This document shows positions 18,771 to 27,729 of a stretch of 64,000 bases of DNA, piece after piece. The DNA is taken from contig JAGWVF010000002.1 of the NCBI GenBank assembly GCA_018971045.1, forward strand, positions 65,133 through 129,132, given 5' to 3'. The DNA comes from Patescibacteria group bacterium (GTDB taxonomy: Bacteria > Patescibacteriota > Minisyncoccia > Phycocordibacterales > Phycocordibacteraceae). The number at the start of each line of letters is the position of its first letter. The stretch's first letter is position 1. Both the position numbers and the translations under genes were made by a program. The notes below the pieces were generated by a model. That model did no database searches. It had not been told where the DNA came from and saw only the letters and a list, made by a program, of their open reading frames with translations.

Positions 18771-19439
18771 ATGGAAGTGAGAATTGAGGAGAGTTGGAAA
18801 GAGAAACTGCACGATGAATTCTCGAAGCAGTATTTTGTCGAACTCGCGGAGTTCGTAAAAAAGGAGTACCGCGAGAAAGCGGTGTATCCGGCGCCAAAAA
18901 ATATTTTCCGCGCGTTCGAACTTTGTCCGTTTGATACCGTGGACGTCGTCATCCTCGGACAAGATCCGTACCACGGCGAGCGGCAAGCCAACGGCCTCGC
19001 ATTCGCGGTTGATGAGGGGCGGCAGATCCCGCCGTCGCTCCTGAATATTTTTAAAGAAATAGCGCATGATTTCGGCAAGCCGCTTGAGCATACTGACGGC
19101 GATCTTGCCCGCTGGGCGAAGCAGGGAGTCCTGCTGTTGAACGCGACGCTGACCGTGCGCGCGCACGCCGCTGGATCGCATCAAGATCGCGGCTGGGAGT
19201 CATTTACCGATGCCGTCATCCGCTCGCTCTCCGAAGAGCGCGAACATCTCGTTTTTATGCTCTGGGGAAATTACGCGAAAGCGAAAGGCGCGCACCTTAA
19301 CCGTAAGAAGCACCTCGTACTCGAGGCTCCGCACCCCTCGCCGCTCTCGGCATCCTCAGGCTTTTTCGGTTGCGGCCATTTCAGCAAGGCGAATGACTAC
19401 CTCATTGCGAGCGGCAAGAGTCCGATAGACTGGCTCTAA
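18771..19439 (+). CDS. ung: uracil-DNA glycosylase (family 1)
   Basis: 222 aa. ILGQDPYH water-activating motif and the C-terminal HPSPLS motif. Confidence 0.9.
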   Translation: MEVRIEESWKEKLHDEFSKQYFVELAEFVKKEYREKAVYPAPKNIFRAFELCPFDTVDVVILGQDPYHGERQANGLAFAVDEGRQIPPSLLNIFKEIAHDFGKPLEHTDGDLARWAKQGVLLLNATLTVRAHAAGSHQDRGWESFTDAVIRSLSEEREHLVFMLWGNYAKAKGAHLNRKKHLVLEAPHPSPLSASSGFFGCGHFSKANDYLIASGKSPIDWL

Positions 19440-19459
19440 ACGACGCGTATACTACGCGT

Positions 19460-20032
19460 ATGAACCATACTCCGCAGATTAAGAGAGCGATACAATTTGC
19501 GGCCCGAAAGCATCACGGGCAGATGCGCCGAGAAGCGGATCCGTTGCCGTATATCACGCACCCTTTTTCAGTGGCGCTTCTTGTGGCCGAAGACGGCGCT
19601 CACGACGATGTCGTTACGGCCGCGCTTCTGCACGATACGATCGAGGATACCGGAACGACGCGCGAAGAGATCGCCGCCGTCTTTAACGACCGGGTCGCCG
19701 ACTTAGTCGTCGCGGTAAGCGAGATCAAGAAGCGCAACGGCAAATCGATCGCTTGGAAGGAGCGCAAGGTGGATTATTTTACGCGTTTGGAACATTCCAA
19801 TGACGACGCCATTTTGATTGCCGTCGCCGATAAGATAGACAATATCGAGAGCAAGCTTGAAGCGTATGCAAAAGAGGGCGACGCGCTTCTCGCCCGTTGG
19901 AGACAGTCGCCGAGCGAATATCTTTGGTATCACGAAGAGGCGCTCCGTATCGCTACCCGGCGTCTTCCTGATCACACGCTCACGAAGCGTCTCGCCGAGG
20001 CTCACGCCCGCGAACGCGAGGCGTTTGCGTAG
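19460..20032 (+). CDS. HD-domain phosphohydrolase (RelA/SpoT-like small alarmone hydrolase candidate)
   Basis: 190 aa. HD motif (HPFSVALLV...LLHDTIEDT) resembling the Rel/SpoT hydrolase domain. Confidence 0.65.
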   Translation: MNHTPQIKRAIQFAARKHHGQMRREADPLPYITHPFSVALLVAEDGAHDDVVTAALLHDTIEDTGTTREEIAAVFNDRVADLVVAVSEIKKRNGKSIAWKERKVDYFTRLEHSNDDAILIAVADKIDNIESKLEAYAKEGDALLARWRQSPSEYLWYHEEALRIATRRLPDHTLTKRLAEAHAREREAFA

Positions 20033-20033
20033 G

Positions 20034-22001
20034 TTACCAAATCTTCGCGCGATCTCGCGGCTCTCGATAGAGTTTGTCGCCTTTCTTCACGCCGAATGCC
20101 GCGTAAAACTCGGGAAGGTTTGAGGCCGGACCATTGATGCGGAATTGGCCGGGCGAATGCGGATCGGTCATCACCTGCGTCTTCTCCGATTCGGGACGGC
20201 GGTTCTCGCGCTCGAAGAGCGCGAAGCTTAAGAAGAATCGCTGTTCGGGAGTGAAGCCGTCGATATCTTTTCGTCCCGTTTTCTTTAATCGGTTTTGATA
20301 CGCGTCAAAGGCGATCGATGCGCCTCCGAGATCGGCGATATTCTCTCCGAGGGTAAGCTCGCCGTTCACCCGAAGTCCGTCGGCGACGGCATACTCGTTA
20401 AATTCGCGCACCAGCCGCTTCGTCCTTTCTTCAAATCGCCTGCGATCTTCCGGCGTCCACCATGTTTTCCGGTTTCCTTTGCCGTCGAACTTCGATCCCT
20501 GATCGTCGAAGCCGTGCGTGATCTCGTGGCCGATTACCGATCCGATCGATCCGTAGTTCACCGCATCGTCAGCCTCGATCGAGAAGAAGGGCGGCTGGAG
20601 GATCGCCGCGGGGAAGACGACATCGTTTAAACCGAAACTGCAGTACGCGTTCACCGTCTGCGGATACATGAACCACTCCTTACGATCCACCGGCTTTCGG
20701 AGCCGGCGCATCACGCGCGCGTGTTCCTGAAGCGAGGCGCGGAGCACGTTCCCGAAGTAGTCGTCAGGTCGGATAGAGAGTCCTCGATAGCTTTTCCATA
20801 TATCAGGATAGCCGAGCTTGCGATTCACCTGGCGCAATTTTTGAATCGCTTTTCTTTTTGTAGTGGAGCCCATCCAGTCGAGATTCTTGATTCGCGTCTC
20901 GTACGCTTCAAAGAGATCATCAACGACTTGATTAATATGTTTTTTAGCCTTCTGGGTGAAGTGCTGTTCGACATAGAGTTTCCCCAGCACTTCACCCAGG
21001 CTTCCGTTCACAACGCCAAGAACACGCCGCCAGACGGGCTTCATCGTCTTCACGCCCGAAAGAGCCGTGCCGTAGAAGGCGAAACTTTGCTTTTCAAGCT
21101 TCGTTCCGAGGTAGGGCGAAGCACCGCTCACAAGATGCCACAGGAGAAAGATCTTCCAATCCTCGATCGAGACGTTCGCGAGAAGGGCATTCATCGCTTT
21201 CATGAACTTTGGCTGCATTAAGACTACGTTTCGGGGAGTGCCGGCGCCGACGATCTTGAAGTAGCTCGGCCAATCCACATTCGGCGCGAGCTTGGCGAGC
21301 TTGGCGGTCGATAGCTTGTGGTACGTTTTGTCGACGTCGCGGAGCTCTTCTTTTGGCATCGAGGCTTTCGCGATCTCCGTTTCGATGCGGAGCACGATCT
21401 CGCGTTTCTTCTTTGCATCCGCTTTCGACTCGCCCGTAAGAGCGAACATCGTCTCCACGTGTTTCTCATATGCGTCTCGTACGCGTCTCGACTCCGCGTC
21501 ATCGTTAAGATAATAGTCTCGGTCGGGCATCCCGAGTCCGCTCTGATGGAGGTAGAGGATATATTTCTCGCTGTTTTTCATATCCTGATCGACGGCGAGG
21601 CCGAACGGGCCTCCGCCACCGATCTTTTCAAGATGGGCGAGCGCGGTTACCAGCGAACGCGCGTCCTTAATCTTCTCGATCTTCTGAAGCCACGGCTGAA
21701 GCGGAGTGATGCCCGCCTTGTTTCTTGATGCGAGATCGAGGCCGGAGCGATAGAAGTCGCGAACCATCTGCGCAGGCGTACCGGCTTTCGCGCTCTTCAG
21801 CTTCAACGCGTCCTCAACGATTTTCTTGAGTTGTTTTTCAGTCTCGTAGCGGAGGATGAGGAAGGATCCCCAGCGCGACTCGTGAGGAGGGATCGGATTC
21901 TTCGCGAGCCACCCGCCGTTTACGTGCCGGTAAAAATCATCTTGCGGCCGCACGCCGGTATCCCTGTCCCGGGCATCAAATCCCCAATTCTTTTTCTTCA
22001 T
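20034..22001 (-). CDS. pepO: M13-family zinc metallopeptidase (PepO/neprilysin-like)
   Basis: 655 aa. HEITHGFDD zinc-binding HExxH motif, downstream ENIADLGG, overall M13 length. Confidence 0.85.
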   Translation of the reverse strand: MKKKNWGFDARDRDTGVRPQDDFYRHVNGGWLAKNPIPPHESRWGSFLILRYETEKQLKKIVEDALKLKSAKAGTPAQMVRDFYRSGLDLASRNKAGITPLQPWLQKIEKIKDARSLVTALAHLEKIGGGGPFGLAVDQDMKNSEKYILYLHQSGLGMPDRDYYLNDDAESRRVRDAYEKHVETMFALTGESKADAKKKREIVLRIETEIAKASMPKEELRDVDKTYHKLSTAKLAKLAPNVDWPSYFKIVGAGTPRNVVLMQPKFMKAMNALLANVSIEDWKIFLLWHLVSGASPYLGTKLEKQSFAFYGTALSGVKTMKPVWRRVLGVVNGSLGEVLGKLYVEQHFTQKAKKHINQVVDDLFEAYETRIKNLDWMGSTTKRKAIQKLRQVNRKLGYPDIWKSYRGLSIRPDDYFGNVLRASLQEHARVMRRLRKPVDRKEWFMYPQTVNAYCSFGLNDVVFPAAILQPPFFSIEADDAVNYGSIGSVIGHEITHGFDDQGSKFDGKGNRKTWWTPEDRRRFEERTKRLVREFNEYAVADGLRVNGELTLGENIADLGGASIAFDAYQNRLKKTGRKDIDGFTPEQRFFLSFALFERENRRPESEKTQVMTDPHSPGQFRINGPASNLPEFYAAFGVKKGDKLYREPRDRAKIW

Positions 22002-22161
22002 AATTGCATCTTATATCGAAAGGGAAGATAAGGGAACTCGTGGAAGAAGTTCGGCTTTACATTTTTATAGATTTATTTTATAGTACATCTAGAAGCACGC
22101 CATCCGCGGCTTCACTCTCGCCGCACCGTCGGCTCCGTTCCTGTTCGAAAAGGAGTTTGAA

Positions 22162-22734
22162 ATGGCATTGAAATTGAAAATAGAAGCGCACATTGAGTTG
22201 CCAGAAATCGCCAGAAAGACGACTCTGGACTGTTTCGTCAACGCTCGCTTTCGTGATGAGATGCTTGATTGCGAGTTGCCGGTCGTACAGACGGCAACGG
22301 CGGCGGCCAAGATCATCGCCGTCAGTTTCAATGAAGAGTGGGATGATCGCGATGTAGCATACGCGCTTATCGGACTCGATCGAAAGACCGATCGGATATC
22401 CTGCCGGACGCTTGGAAATCTGCTGATCGCGCTCGACCATACGCTGACATTGCCGCAGGCTGAAGCGGTTCTGACAGGAGCCGCTTTCAAGATCAATGAC
22501 GCCCGGATCCGAGGCGAGCAGACGTATCATTGCTTTGTCGTAACGGGCGATCCGCAAAATCCGGTCGCCGTTTGCGCCGTTCGCGTGTGCTACGACTGGG
22601 AAGAGTGGATGGAAGATTGGAGCTACTCGGTCGATCTCCTCGCGCCATTTCTGGGCGATCAGGCGGGCTCCGAGACGTGCCACAATCAATTCTTCCTCGT
22701 TCCTAATTTTGTTCGGCGCTACGCCTACGCGTAG
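22162..22734 (+). CDS. hypothetical protein (orphan transcription unit)
   Basis: 190 aa. Strong SD AAAGGAG 6 nt before the ATG, AT-rich upstream region, own terminator downstream. No recognisable domain. Confidence 0.6.
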   Translation: MALKLKIEAHIELPEIARKTTLDCFVNARFRDEMLDCELPVVQTATAAAKIIAVSFNEEWDDRDVAYALIGLDRKTDRISCRTLGNLLIALDHTLTLPQAEAVLTGAAFKINDARIRGEQTYHCFVVTGDPQNPVAVCAVRVCYDWEEWMEDWSYSVDLLAPFLGDQAGSETCHNQFFLVPNFVRRYAYA

Positions 22735-22748
22735 CCGGTTTTGCGCTT

Positions 22749-22785
22749 CAGAAGCCCCGTAATTGGGGCTTCTGCTTTTATAATG
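22749..22785 (+). terminator. intrinsic terminator
   Basis: 10-bp stem CAGAAGCCCC / GGGGCTTCTG, 6-nt loop, then CTTTTAT. Confidence 0.65.
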
Positions 22786-22805
22786 TTTACGGTACTCTCT
22801 ACCGT

Positions 22806-24671
22806 ATGACGGTGAATGACGTACGGGCGAGATATATGCGTTTTTTCGAGAAGCGAGGACACGCCGCGATTCCGTCGGCCCCGATTATTCCCGAGAATGA
22901 TCCGACCACCCTCTTCACGAGTAGTGGAATGCAGCCCCTTGTGCCGTATCTCCTCGGCCAACCTCATCCGGAGGGTACGCGGCTCGTTGATTCCCAGCTC
23001 TCGTTTCGCGCCGAGGATATTGAAGAAATCGGAGACAATCGCCACACGACCTTCTTCGAAATGCTCGGGAACTGGTCCCTGGGCGATTATTTCAAAGCGG
23101 AGCAGCTGCCGTGGCTTTTCGAATTTTTGACTTCCGCGACCGACGGTCTGGGACTCGATCCGCATAAGCTATATGTGACCGTGTTTGACGGCGACGCTCG
23201 CGCGAAGATGGAGCTCGACGCCGAGACTGTCGAGATTTGGAAATCCATTTTCGCAAACGCCGGTATCACGGCCGATCTCGTGCGTCTCGGAACCGAGGAA
23301 GCAGGGTATCAGAAGGGGATGCAGGGAGGGAGGATCTTCTCTTATGGCGCCAGGAAGAATTGGTGGAGCCGCGCGGGGGTTCCGGATACGATGCCAGCCG
23401 GCGAGATCGGCGGACCCGATTCCGAAGTCTTTTATGATTTCGGCCTTCCGCACAATCCGAGTTTTGGAAAGGAGTGCCATCCGAACTGCGATTGCGGACG
23501 GTTCGTTGAAGTCGGGAATTCGGTCTTTATGCAATTCGTAAAAAGAGGAGACGGCAGTTTTGCGGAATTACCGAAGCGCAACGTCGATTTCGGCGGCGGG
23601 CTCGAGCGACTCACTGCCGCGACGCGCGGGAACCCCGACGTATTCCTCATCGATACGTTCGATGCGGCGCGCGCGGCGCTCGAGGAGCGGTCGGGGAAGC
23701 GTTATGCCGATGCGAAACGATCATTCCGCATCATCCTCGATCATATGCGCGCGGCGTCATTTTTTCTCGCTTCCGGCATCCGTCCCGGGAATACGGAACA
23801 AGGATATGTGCTTCGGCGTCTCATTCGCCGCTCGATCCGCGAAGCGGATAAGCTCGGGATCAAAGAGATGGCGCTTTCTCCAGTCGCAGAAGGCTTCGGG
23901 AATGCGTATGCCGCGCCGTATCCTTTCGTTCTTGCCGCTCGCGATCTGATTTACGGCGAGCTCGAGAAAGAAGAACGGCAATTTCGAGGAACACTCGCTC
24001 GCGGCCTGCACGAGCTCGATAAGATGGGGGACGCCATAGACGCTTTTATGCTTTTTACCACGTATGGCTTTCCGATCGAGCTTACCGCCGAGATCGCGGA
24101 GGAGCGAGGGCTCGCTTTTGACTTAGACGAAGTACAACGGCAAATGGAAGCGCATCAGGCGCTCTCGCGCGCGGGCGCCGCACAAAAGTTTGCCGGCGGA
24201 CTCGCGGATCGCGCCGAACAGACGATCCGCTACCATACCGCGCATCACCTCCTCTTGAGAGCGCTTCAGATAGTGCTCGGACCTTACGTTCATCAGCGGG
24301 GAAGCAATATTACGAACGAGCGCCTGCGCATCGACTTTTCCTATGGAAAGAAGATGACGCCGGAGCAGATACGGAACGTGGAGGAAATAGTGAATGAAAA
24401 AATATCCGAAGCGCTTCCCGTTATCCGGACCGACATGAAGAAAGAGGAGGCCGAGAGACTTGGCGCCGAGCACGAGTTTGGCGCCGTCTACCCTGATATC
24501 GTATCGGTGTATTCAGTCGGCCCGCTTGACGGCGCGTTCTCGATCGAATTTTGCGGCGGTCCGCACGTGGCGAATACGCGTGAGCTCGCCGAGGGCGGCA
24601 AACATTTCCACATTCTTAAGGAAGAAGCGTCGTCTTCCGGCGTTCGGAGGATTAAAGCAGTGTTAAAATAA
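22806..24671 (+). CDS. alaS: alanine--tRNA ligase (short form)
   Basis: 621 aa. AlaRS catalytic-core motifs (FTSSGM, FFEMLGNWS) plus editing-domain HxxxH (TAHHLL) and CGGPH motifs. About 250 aa shorter than typical bacterial AlaS. Confidence 0.85.
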   Translation: MTVNDVRARYMRFFEKRGHAAIPSAPIIPENDPTTLFTSSGMQPLVPYLLGQPHPEGTRLVDSQLSFRAEDIEEIGDNRHTTFFEMLGNWSLGDYFKAEQLPWLFEFLTSATDGLGLDPHKLYVTVFDGDARAKMELDAETVEIWKSIFANAGITADLVRLGTEEAGYQKGMQGGRIFSYGARKNWWSRAGVPDTMPAGEIGGPDSEVFYDFGLPHNPSFGKECHPNCDCGRFVEVGNSVFMQFVKRGDGSFAELPKRNVDFGGGLERLTAATRGNPDVFLIDTFDAARAALEERSGKRYADAKRSFRIILDHMRAASFFLASGIRPGNTEQGYVLRRLIRRSIREADKLGIKEMALSPVAEGFGNAYAAPYPFVLAARDLIYGELEKEERQFRGTLARGLHELDKMGDAIDAFMLFTTYGFPIELTAEIAEERGLAFDLDEVQRQMEAHQALSRAGAAQKFAGGLADRAEQTIRYHTAHHLLLRALQIVLGPYVHQRGSNITNERLRIDFSYGKKMTPEQIRNVEEIVNEKISEALPVIRTDMKKEEAERLGAEHEFGAVYPDIVSVYSVGPLDGAFSIEFCGGPHVANTRELAEGGKHFHILKEEASSSGVRRIKAVLK

Positions 24672-24675
24672 AGTA

Positions 24676-25725
24676 ATGAGCTTTATACGAAATGTATTCG
24701 TCCGTGCGAAGGATGCCGAATCGGTCGTTCTTATCGACATCGGAGCGCAAACAGTTTCCGGCGCGTATGCGCTTTTCGTCGAAGGCCAATCGCCCGTGAT
24801 TCTCTATGAGCGCAGCATGGCCGTTGAGTTCCACGAGGGAGAAGCGCAGGAACAGGCGGTATTGCGCGCTTTGAAGACGCTCGGCGAGACTATTCTGCGC
24901 GAAGGCGCGCCCGTACTTATTCGCGCCGTCGGAAAAGGAAATACCCGCGGGATCCTCGTCTCGATCGACGCGCCGTGGCAGCGAACTTCCGTGCGCACTG
25001 AATACATTGAGGAGAAGAAACCCTTTCTCTTTACGAAACATCTCGTATCCGCGCTCCTCGAAAAGACCAAGGTGAAGCCTCCCGGCAAGATGCTGGTTGA
25101 CGAGAGCGTGATCGGCACCGTCCTCAATGGTTACGAGACGAACAATCCCTACGGTAAGGAAGCGCATCGGGCTGAAATTATGATTCTCACTTCGCTCATT
25201 GATGAAGTGATCGCGAAGAATATCGTGACGACGCTGCGCAGTGTCTATCACACTCGACATGTTCTCCCGATCGCGGGAACATCGCTTCGATACCAGGCGG
25301 TGCGGAATATCTTTCCGCATGAACGGGACGCGCTCATTCTCGACGTTACGGGGCCTCTGACGTCGATCGCGCTCATCCGCAATGATTTGTTCGTATCAAT
25401 CATACAGATCACGGATCGTCTCGCGACGATTGAGGAGTGGGTCGCGCGAGTGGTGGCGGAACTGGTAGAAGTCGCGCGGCGCTATCCGCTCCCGCGGACA
25501 ATCTTCTTGCTCGCCCGCGAACCCGAGGTACTGGAGCTTCAGAAAGCGCTTGCCGCCGCGAGTCTCGGCGATCTTTGGCTTTCGGACAGTCCTCCAGCGA
25601 TCGTTCCGGTGCTCTCGAGCCAACTCACGAGCCTTGTTCGGCAGGCAACTACCGGCACCCCGGATCTTTTGACCCTGCTTATGGCGCTCTATTGGCGCTA
25701 TCGCGACCCTGTTCGGGAACGGTAA
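24676..25725 (+). CDS. hypothetical protein, possible actin-like ATPase fold (PilM/FtsA-like)
   Basis: 349 aa. VLIDIGAQTVSG and ALILDVTGPLTSIAL resemble the phosphate-1/phosphate-2 motifs of actin-fold proteins. Weak assignment. Confidence 0.35.
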   Translation: MSFIRNVFVRAKDAESVVLIDIGAQTVSGAYALFVEGQSPVILYERSMAVEFHEGEAQEQAVLRALKTLGETILREGAPVLIRAVGKGNTRGILVSIDAPWQRTSVRTEYIEEKKPFLFTKHLVSALLEKTKVKPPGKMLVDESVIGTVLNGYETNNPYGKEAHRAEIMILTSLIDEVIAKNIVTTLRSVYHTRHVLPIAGTSLRYQAVRNIFPHERDALILDVTGPLTSIALIRNDLFVSIIQITDRLATIEEWVARVVAELVEVARRYPLPRTIFLLAREPEVLELQKALAAASLGDLWLSDSPPAIVPVLSSQLTSLVRQATTGTPDLLTLLMALYWRYRDPVRER

Positions 25726-25746
25726 TGCACCATCGCTCGCGCACTA

Positions 25747-26994
25747 TTGTTCGATGAGCTGGTATACTGGAAATATATGCGCACTTTCAATGACATAACC
25801 CCGCCGTCTCGGCGTAAAGACTATGAATCCACAGGAGAAGCAAATACCCCCGATCGCGGCCCGTTACGCGTCGTCGGACGGCAGCCGAAGTTTCCGTTTG
25901 TCACGCTTCTTTCCGTTTTTCTCATTATCATCGGATCGGTTGGGGCCCTCTTCTATTTCTCGAGCGCAAGCATCAACGTAACCGCAAGCTCCGCTTCGGC
26001 GGCGATACAAGGATCGTTTACGGCGAGTCAAAGCGCCGGGGCGTTGCCGTATGAGATTATAACCGCTCAAAAGATAGCGACGCAGAGCGTAAAAGGGAGC
26101 GGAACGAAGGCCGTAACCTCAAGCGCGTCGGGAACTCTCACGATATATAACACCCAAACGAAAGCGCAGCATCTCGTGAGCAATACGCGCTTCGCGACCG
26201 CGGCGGGACTCATCTTCCGGATTCATACCGCCGTAACTGTTCCCGGGGGAAGTCCAGCGCGGCCGGGTTCTATCACCGCCAGGGTTTACGCCGATCAGCC
26301 GGGAAGTTCCTATAATATCGGAGCGGCTTCCTTTACTATTCCCGGCTTTGCCGGCACGCCGCAAGAAACCCAGGTGTACGCGCGCTCAACGAGCGCGATG
26401 AGTGGCGGCGCCTCCGGCAATGTGCCGGTCGTAGACCCGACGCTTGAGGCGCAGACGCGCGGCGCGCTCGTCAGAGCGCTCGCGCCTGACCTCGCGTCGA
26501 GTATTCAGAGCCAGATCCCCTCGGGCTACGCATTGCTCGATGGCGCGGCTACGACGACATACGAACATCTCGAATCGACGCCCTCCGATATTACCGGCAT
26601 GGTCGACGTAAAGGAGCAGGGGACGATCACGGCGATCGTCTTCCCGAACGCCGCACTCGCAAAGACCGTCGCGGCGTCAATTCCGAGCCTCGCCTCGCAG
26701 AATGCCGCGCTGACTCTCGCGCCTACGAGTACGCTCCACCTTACCGCGCCGAATCTGCCGGACACTACAGCCGCTTCATTTACCTTTACGCTCACCGGCA
26801 CCGCAGTGCTTGATTACGTCGTCGATCCTACGGCGATCGCCGCCGCAGTCGCGGGGAAAACACGTTCAGCCGCTGAAGTCGCTCTGACCAATTACCCCGA
26901 AGTCAAGCGCGCCATTATCATACTGCGGCCATTCTGGCGGCAAACATTCCCGCAGGATCCGGCATCTATTACGGTTAAGGTCGACAAGCCGTAA
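25747..26994 (+). CDS. membrane-anchored Ser/Thr/Ala-rich protein (hypothetical; possible PilN/O-like partner)
   Basis: 415 aa. Single TM helix (FPFVTLLSVFLIIIGSVGALFYF) then a low-complexity extracytoplasmic region. Confidence 0.4.
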   Translation: MFDELVYWKYMRTFNDITPPSRRKDYESTGEANTPDRGPLRVVGRQPKFPFVTLLSVFLIIIGSVGALFYFSSASINVTASSASAAIQGSFTASQSAGALPYEIITAQKIATQSVKGSGTKAVTSSASGTLTIYNTQTKAQHLVSNTRFATAAGLIFRIHTAVTVPGGSPARPGSITARVYADQPGSSYNIGAASFTIPGFAGTPQETQVYARSTSAMSGGASGNVPVVDPTLEAQTRGALVRALAPDLASSIQSQIPSGYALLDGAATTTYEHLESTPSDITGMVDVKEQGTITAIVFPNAALAKTVAASIPSLASQNAALTLAPTSTLHLTAPNLPDTTAASFTFTLTGTAVLDYVVDPTAIAAAVAGKTRSAAEVALTNYPEVKRAIIILRPFWRQTFPQDPASITVKVDKP

Positions 26995-26996
26995 CG

Positions 26997-27086
26997 TCAG
27001 CGTCCGGCAGTGAGAGCCGGGAGGAGCGTCCCGATCATCCCAAGAGCGAGGAGGATGACGATGATGATTGCCAGAGCGCGTTTCAT
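26997..27086 (-). CDS. candidate 29-aa single-TM micro-protein
   Basis: The reverse strand encodes MKRALAIIIVILLALGMIGTLLPALTAGR. Below the ORF-track cut-off; no SD. Confidence 0.2.
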   Translation of the reverse strand: MKRALAIIIVILLALGMIGTLLPALTAGR

Positions 27087-27154
27087 TCGCTCAACGATAC
27101 CAGAGGGCTCTCAGACAGCCAAGCCGTTCGGGGCGGGTGCAGGTGTGGATAAGC

Positions 27155-27183
27155 TTGTAATTTATCAAAATATATTGTATTAT
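27155..27183 (+). promoter_or_regulatory. sigma-70-like promoter TTGTAA - 17 nt - TATTAT
   Basis: Located in an AT-rich island. The downstream leader begins with a perfect 10-bp hairpin (27196-27219) before the SD AAAGGAG and a GTG start at 27265. Confidence 0.5.
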
Positions 27184-27264
27184 GGAGAAGTCGTAAACCA
27201 ACCGCGTTAGCGGTTGGTTCGACATAAACAGTCTTTCCGTAACAATCGCAAAAGGAGTTAAGAA

Positions 27265-27684
27265 GTGAAAAAGAATCACGGACCCGATCTTGACGACAAA
27301 CCTGAACCTCTCGAGAAAGAGGTAAATGAACCACAACTGCGTCTCACTGTCGTTACGACAGGGTGGTTTCGCGAAGGACTGCTCTGCGAAGCGGAACCTC
27401 TCTGTACAAAAGGAAAGAAGGAATGCAAAGAGTGTCCCCTCGGGCCGGGCGTAGCACATCCGGGCGTTTTCGAGGGAAAAGACGAGGCGATAGCCGCATT
27501 CGAGCGACTTTTTATTGATGAACTCGAACGCGTGATCCACGCGTGGGCGACGCATCCGCCGGTGAAGCCGTATGTTCCCCGACCCGCCCGGGCCGAGGTC
27601 TACGAGCTGGCGAGTCTCGCACGCGGCAATCATGTTCGCGCCGAGATTCGCTCGGTCTACGAGGGGTCGAGGTTACTTCACTAG
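27265..27684 (+). CDS. small Cys-rich protein (hypothetical; C-x5-C...C-x2-C cluster)
   Basis: 139 aa from a GTG start 7 nt after AAAGGAG. Cys cluster CEAEPLCTKGKKECKECPLGPG. Confidence 0.5.
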   Translation: MKKNHGPDLDDKPEPLEKEVNEPQLRLTVVTTGWFREGLLCEAEPLCTKGKKECKECPLGPGVAHPGVFEGKDEAIAAFERLFIDELERVIHAWATHPPVKPYVPRPARAEVYELASLARGNHVRAEIRSVYEGSRLLH

Positions 27685-27729
27685 AGTAGACTCTCCTCGC
27701 TTGAAGGCGCCCCAAGGCGCCTTCTCCAT

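Noticed and set aside
22078-22689. 203-aa minus-strand ORF overlapping the 22162-22734 gene
   Set aside because: The plus-strand ORF has a canonical SD and a protein-like composition. The minus ORF lacks start-site signals and runs into the promoter region.
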